Assembly (NCBI GenBank): GCA_030390025.1
Contig: CM059432.1
Span: 1,736,001 to 1,800,000, forward strand
DNA length: 64,000 nucleotides
From: Squalus acanthias
Lineage: Eukaryota
Direction of reading: 5' to 3'
Part shown: positions 60,094 through 64,000 of the stretch, in pieces
Layout of the letters: each line of letters opens with the position of its first letter
Numbering within the stretch: position 1 is the stretch's first letter
Notes under the pieces: model-generated
What the model saw: only the letters and a program-made list of their open reading frames with translations
Databases searched by the model: none
Told to the model about the DNA's origin: nothing
Made by a program: the position numbers and the translations under genes

Positions 60094-61059
60094 GACTTAC
60101 CCTTTAATTAATTTAAATTAAATTAAATCAAATCAATGCCACTAATTACACTACAATTAAATAATATACTCAAGGGCCCTTGTTTACTAGCACTCCCCGC
60201 TACACAACAGAGACCGTAGAAAATATAACCACAAAAATATTGGCCAGGACACCGGGGATAATTCCCCTGCCTTTGTTCGGAATAGTACCATGGGATCTTT
60301 TACATCCACCTGAGAGAACAGACGGGGCCTCAGTTTAACGTCTCATGTGAAAAACGGCACTGCCGACAGCACAGCGCTCCCTCAGCACTGCATTGGGAGC
60401 GTCAGCCTAGCTTTATGTGCTACAAGTCCCTGGAATGGGATTTGAACCCACACAACCTTCGGACTCAGAGGCGAGTGTGCTACCAAGTGAGCCACAGCTG
60501 ACACTGTCACTGACAATAGAAAGAGCGAGGGGGGAGTGGGACTGATTGGAGAGCTCTTTCAAAGAGCCGGCACAGGCACGATGGGCCGAATGGCCTCCTC
60601 CTGGGCTGTGCCATTCTATGATACTGAGCTTGGATACGGTACGATGAATGCTGCTGTCCCAAACTCACTTAACTCTGAATGGAATGACGCCCTGCTCTTA
60701 TGAAATAAGGGCTAATATCTATTTAAGGAACAGTTTTGCTGAGTTTGTCTCATTCATGAACATTTTAATTAATTTGGTTGATGACACAAGGAGAAGCTAC
60801 TCATGCAAACAAACAGTGGAATTCTGAAGCAGAACCAAATTATTTGAAGCTAATACAGACTTATCATTGTTAGAAAAGAGGAAGGGAAAAGTGGAGGATT
60901 AAACAGAGTTGTATCTACGTACATTACCACAGTGACTACACTTCCAAAGTACTTCATTGGCTGTGAAGCGATTTGGGACATCCTGAAGTCATGAAAGGCG
61001 CTATAGAAATGCAAGTCTTTCTTTCACCGATCAGTGCAGAAGGAGGCCATTTGGCCCAT

Positions 61060-61560
61060 TGGGGCGGTGCAACGAAGGTTCACTAGATTGATCCCTGGGA
61101 ATGAGAGGGCTGTCCTATGATGAGAGATTGTGTAGAATGGGCCTATACTCTCTGGAGTTTAGAAGAATGAGAGGTGATCTCATTGAAAAACAAGATTCTG
61201 AAGGGGATTGACGGGGTAGATGCTGAGAGGTTGTTTCCCCCTGGCTGGAGAGTCTAGAACTTTGGGGGCATAGTCTCAGGATAAGGGGTCGGCCATTTAA
61301 GACTGAGATGAGGAGGAATTTCTTCACTCAGAGGGTTGTGAATCTTTGGAATTCTCTGCCCCAGAGAGCTGTGAATGCTGAGTCTTTGAGTATATTCAAG
61401 GCTGAGATCGATAGGTTTTTGGACTCTAGGGGAATCGAGGGATATGGAGATTGGGCGGGAAAGTGGAGTTGAGGTCGAAGATCAGCCATGATCTTATTGA
61501 ATGGCGGAGCAGGCTCGAGGGGCAGTATGGCCGACTCCTGCTCCTAATTCTTATGTTCTT
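61060..61560 (+). mobile_element. CR1 3' fragment
   Basis: Encodes a VQRRFTRLI...LEFRRMRGDLIE segment, followed by the 3' UTR and tail. Confidence 0.85.
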
Positions 61561-61944
61561 GTGTTATTTATCCAATTCCCTTTTGAAGGCTACTATTGAC
61601 TCTGTATCCAACACCCTATCAGGCAGTGCGTTCCAAATCCTAACCACTAGCTGCGTAAAAAAGTTTTTCCTCACGTCGCCTCTGGTTCTTTTGCCAATCA
61701 CCTGAAACCTTTTTTTTTAAAAGGGTAATGCCGCCCGCACTTAAATAAAATAAATAAAAGTAGCTTATTTAAATCTGCTTCCAGAATGGCCATCTGTCAG
61801 AAAACGCCGGCACGTGGCAGGAAGCCCAGCGTTTACGGTAAGAGACTGTTTGCAAAACTCTGGTTTTTCCGCCATTTGCAAGAGCTGTGCTGAGTCCGAG
61901 AGCCATTGAGAGACTTGCCACTGAGTGTCACTATTAGTAGGAGC

Positions 61945-62545
61945 ACTACAACAACAGCTTGCATTTATATAGCGCCTTTAATGTAGTAAAATGTCCCAAG
62001 GAGATATTAGGGCAGGTGACCAAAAGCTTAGTCAAAGAGGTAGGTTTTAAGGAGCGTCTTAAAGGAGGAAAGAGAGGTAGCGAGGCGGAGAGGTTTAGGC
62101 AGGGAATTCCAGAGCTTAGGGCCCAGGCAACAGAAGGCACGGCCACCAATGGTTGAGCGATTATAATCAGGGATGCTCAAGAGGCCAGAATTAGAGGAGC
62201 GCAGAGATCTCGGGGGGTTGTGCGGCTGAAGAAGATTACAGAGATAGGAAGGGGCGAGGCCATGGAGGGATTTGAAAACAAGGATGGGAATTTTGAAATC
62301 GAGGCATTGCTTAACCGGGAGCCAATGTAGGTCAGCGAGCACAGGGGTAATGGGCGAACAGGACTTGGTGCGAGTTAGGACACGGGGCAGCCGAGTTTTG
62401 GATGACCTCAAGTTTACGTAGGGTGGAATGTGGGAGGCCAGCCAGGAGTGCGTTGGAATAGTCAAGTCTAGAGGTAACAAAGGCATGGATGAGGGTTTCA
62501 GCAGCGGATGAGCTGAGGCAAGGGCGGAGACAGGCGATGTTAGGG
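61945..62545 (-). mobile_element. L2 LINE 3' fragment
   Basis: ETLIHAFVTSRLDYSNALL...QNSAA and ITPVLADLHWLPV...LWNSLP. Confidence 0.92.
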
Positions 62546-62694
62546 ATAGTCAGCATCGCTTAATGCACTTCTGAGTGTCTGACCAACCACCAGGAAAACC
62601 CATTTCACTTTATTTTTCGTACGGGCGACATTACTTTAAAAAAAATCTTCCCTAATGGCTCCACAGGTTTAGGCAGCAAGTGGCTGATTGTAAA

Positions 62695-63160
62695 GAATCA
62701 GAGAAATTCAGGACACAAAGGAGGCCATTCGGCCCATCGTGTCCGTGCTGGCCGACAAAGAGCTATCCACCCTAATCCCACTTTCCAGCTCTTGGTCCGT
62801 AGCCCTGCAGGTTACAGCACTTCAAGTGCACATCGAAGCACTTTTTAAATGCGATGAGGGTTTCTGCCTCTACCACCCTTTCAGGCAGTGAGTTCCAGAC
62901 CCCCACCACCCTCTGGGTGAAAAAAGTTCTCCTCAAATCCCCTCTAATCCTTCTACCAATTACTTTAAATCTCTGCCCCCTGGTTACTGACCACTCTGCT
63001 AAGGGAAATAGGTCCTTCCTATCCACACTATCTAGGCCCCTCATAATTTTATACACCTCAATCAAGTCTCCCCTCAGCCTCCTCTGTTCCAAAGAAAACA
63101 ACCCCAGCCTATCCAATCTTTCCTCACAGCTAAAATTCTCCAGTCCCGGGAACATCCTCG
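62695..63160 (-). mobile_element. CR1 3' fragment (family of 18861-20339)
   Basis: ORF 62772-63155. Confidence 0.88.
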
Positions 63161-63249
63161 TCTGTAGAATTTTGAGAGAATGAAGAGCAGGAAGATCGCA
63201 GGATTAGTTCCCCAGCCTGTGCCGAGTTAGTTAGGGCAGAGTTACAGAT

Positions 63250-63735
63250 GATATAAGAGAGTCAGCAATAAATGCAATCGGGAATTCAGGAGAAACTTCT
63301 TTCCCCAGAGAGTGGTGAGAATGTGGAACTCGCTACCACAGGGAGTGGTTGAGGCGAATAGTATAGATACATTTAAGGGGAAGCTAGATAAACACGTGAG
63401 GGAGAAAGGAATCGAAGGATATGTTGATGGGGTGAGGTGAAGAGGGGTGGGAGGAGGCTCGTGTGGAGGTGAGAGAGGCGGAGAGGTTTAGGGAGGGAAT
63501 TCCAGAGCTTAGGGCCGAGGCAGCTGAAGACACGGACGCCAATGGTGGGGCGAAGGAAACCGAGGCCAGAACTGGAGATGTGCAGAGATCTCGGAGGGTT
63601 GTGGGCTGGAGGAAGTTACAGAGAAACGGAGGGGGGCGAGGCCATGGACGGATTTGAAAACAAGGATGAGAATTTTTAAATCAAGGCGTTGCCAGACTGG
63701 GAGCCAATGTGGGTCAGCGAGCACAGGGGGTGACG
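63250..63735. mobile_element. CR1 fragment (plus, about 63250-63465) next to an L2 fragment (minus, about 63465-63735)
   Basis: A QRVVRMWNSLP-coding segment, and ORF 63509-63724 reading HWLPVWQRLDLKIL. Confidence 0.8.
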
Positions 63736-63947
63736 GCCCCTTGTGTATGTAAATGAGGGTCCTAAAGCATGTTCCAGGACCCCTCTGGGAAATTTGGCAG
63801 CACAGAGCAGAGCTGACCTACAATACCTGGTCTACACTTTTAACGGAGGTGCAGTGACAGAGAGACCTGGGGGTGTATGCACACAAATCCTTGAAGGTCG
63901 CAGGACAAGTTGATAAGCATACGGGATCCTGGGCTTTATAAATAGAC

Positions 63948-64000
63948 ATGATGTGGAGATGCCGGTGTTGGACTGGGGTGGACAAATGTGAGAAGTCGCA
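63948..64000 (-). mobile_element. End of a Penelope-like fragment (family of 9582-9771), cut by the window edge
   Basis: The reverse complement TGCGACTTCTCACATTTGTCCACCCCAGTCCAACACCGGCATCTCCACATCAT matches 9722-9774. Confidence 0.8.

Larger units (their letters stand above)
56059..60234 (-). mobile_element. Near full-length young CR1 LINE (5' UTR partly truncated), same family as 6513-11133
   Basis: ORF1 at 60093-59143 (zinc finger plus esterase, one frameshift near 59767), ORF2 fragments at 59020-56152, tail near 56059. Confidence 0.95.
55862..60502 (-). mobile_element. Deu-domain SINE split into about 55862-56058 and 60235-60502 by a CR1
   Basis: ...TTTTTAGTGATGTT | CR1 | AAATATTGGCCAGGACAC...GCCACAGCTGAC continues the SINE consensus. 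Confidence 0.8.

Overview
Eukaryotic DNA, almost certainly from a cartilaginous fish (shark or ray). The evidence is HE1-type V-SINEs, SacSINE1-like Deu-domain SINEs and esterase-ORF1 CR1 LINEs. Most of the window is nested transposable elements, and I found no intact host protein-coding gene. Contents: three CR1 LINEs that still carry ORF1 (about 1092-5415 minus, 6513-11133 plus, 56059-60234 minus) and many 5'-truncated CR1, L2 and Tx1 fragments; a near-complete two-gene PIF/Harbinger transposon (13769-17956) with a spliced Myb/SANT-like gene and a convergent HARBI1-type transposase, each carrying one nonsense codon; about ten Harbinger-type non-autonomous elements with 3-bp TSDs; four Penelope-like fragments, three with minimal hammerhead ribozyme motifs; a candidate solo LTR; four 33-bp minisatellites that arose inside SINEs; and a probable terminal exon/3'UTR of an unidentified minus-strand host gene (about 52700-53365). 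Most notable signals: (1) a U_UUA_AAC slippery heptamer directly before the ORF1 stop, with ORF2 open in the -1 frame, in all three CR1 junctions from two families (candidate programmed -1 frameshift); (2) a tail-to-tail Harbinger plus derivative pair that could form a composite transposon; (3) a palindromic Harbinger target consensus, with the same CR1 position hit twice by different elements; (4) hammerhead-bearing PLE ends; (5) a 570-bp fold-back palindrome. All calls were made by eye, and fragment boundaries are approximate unless a TSD is quoted.
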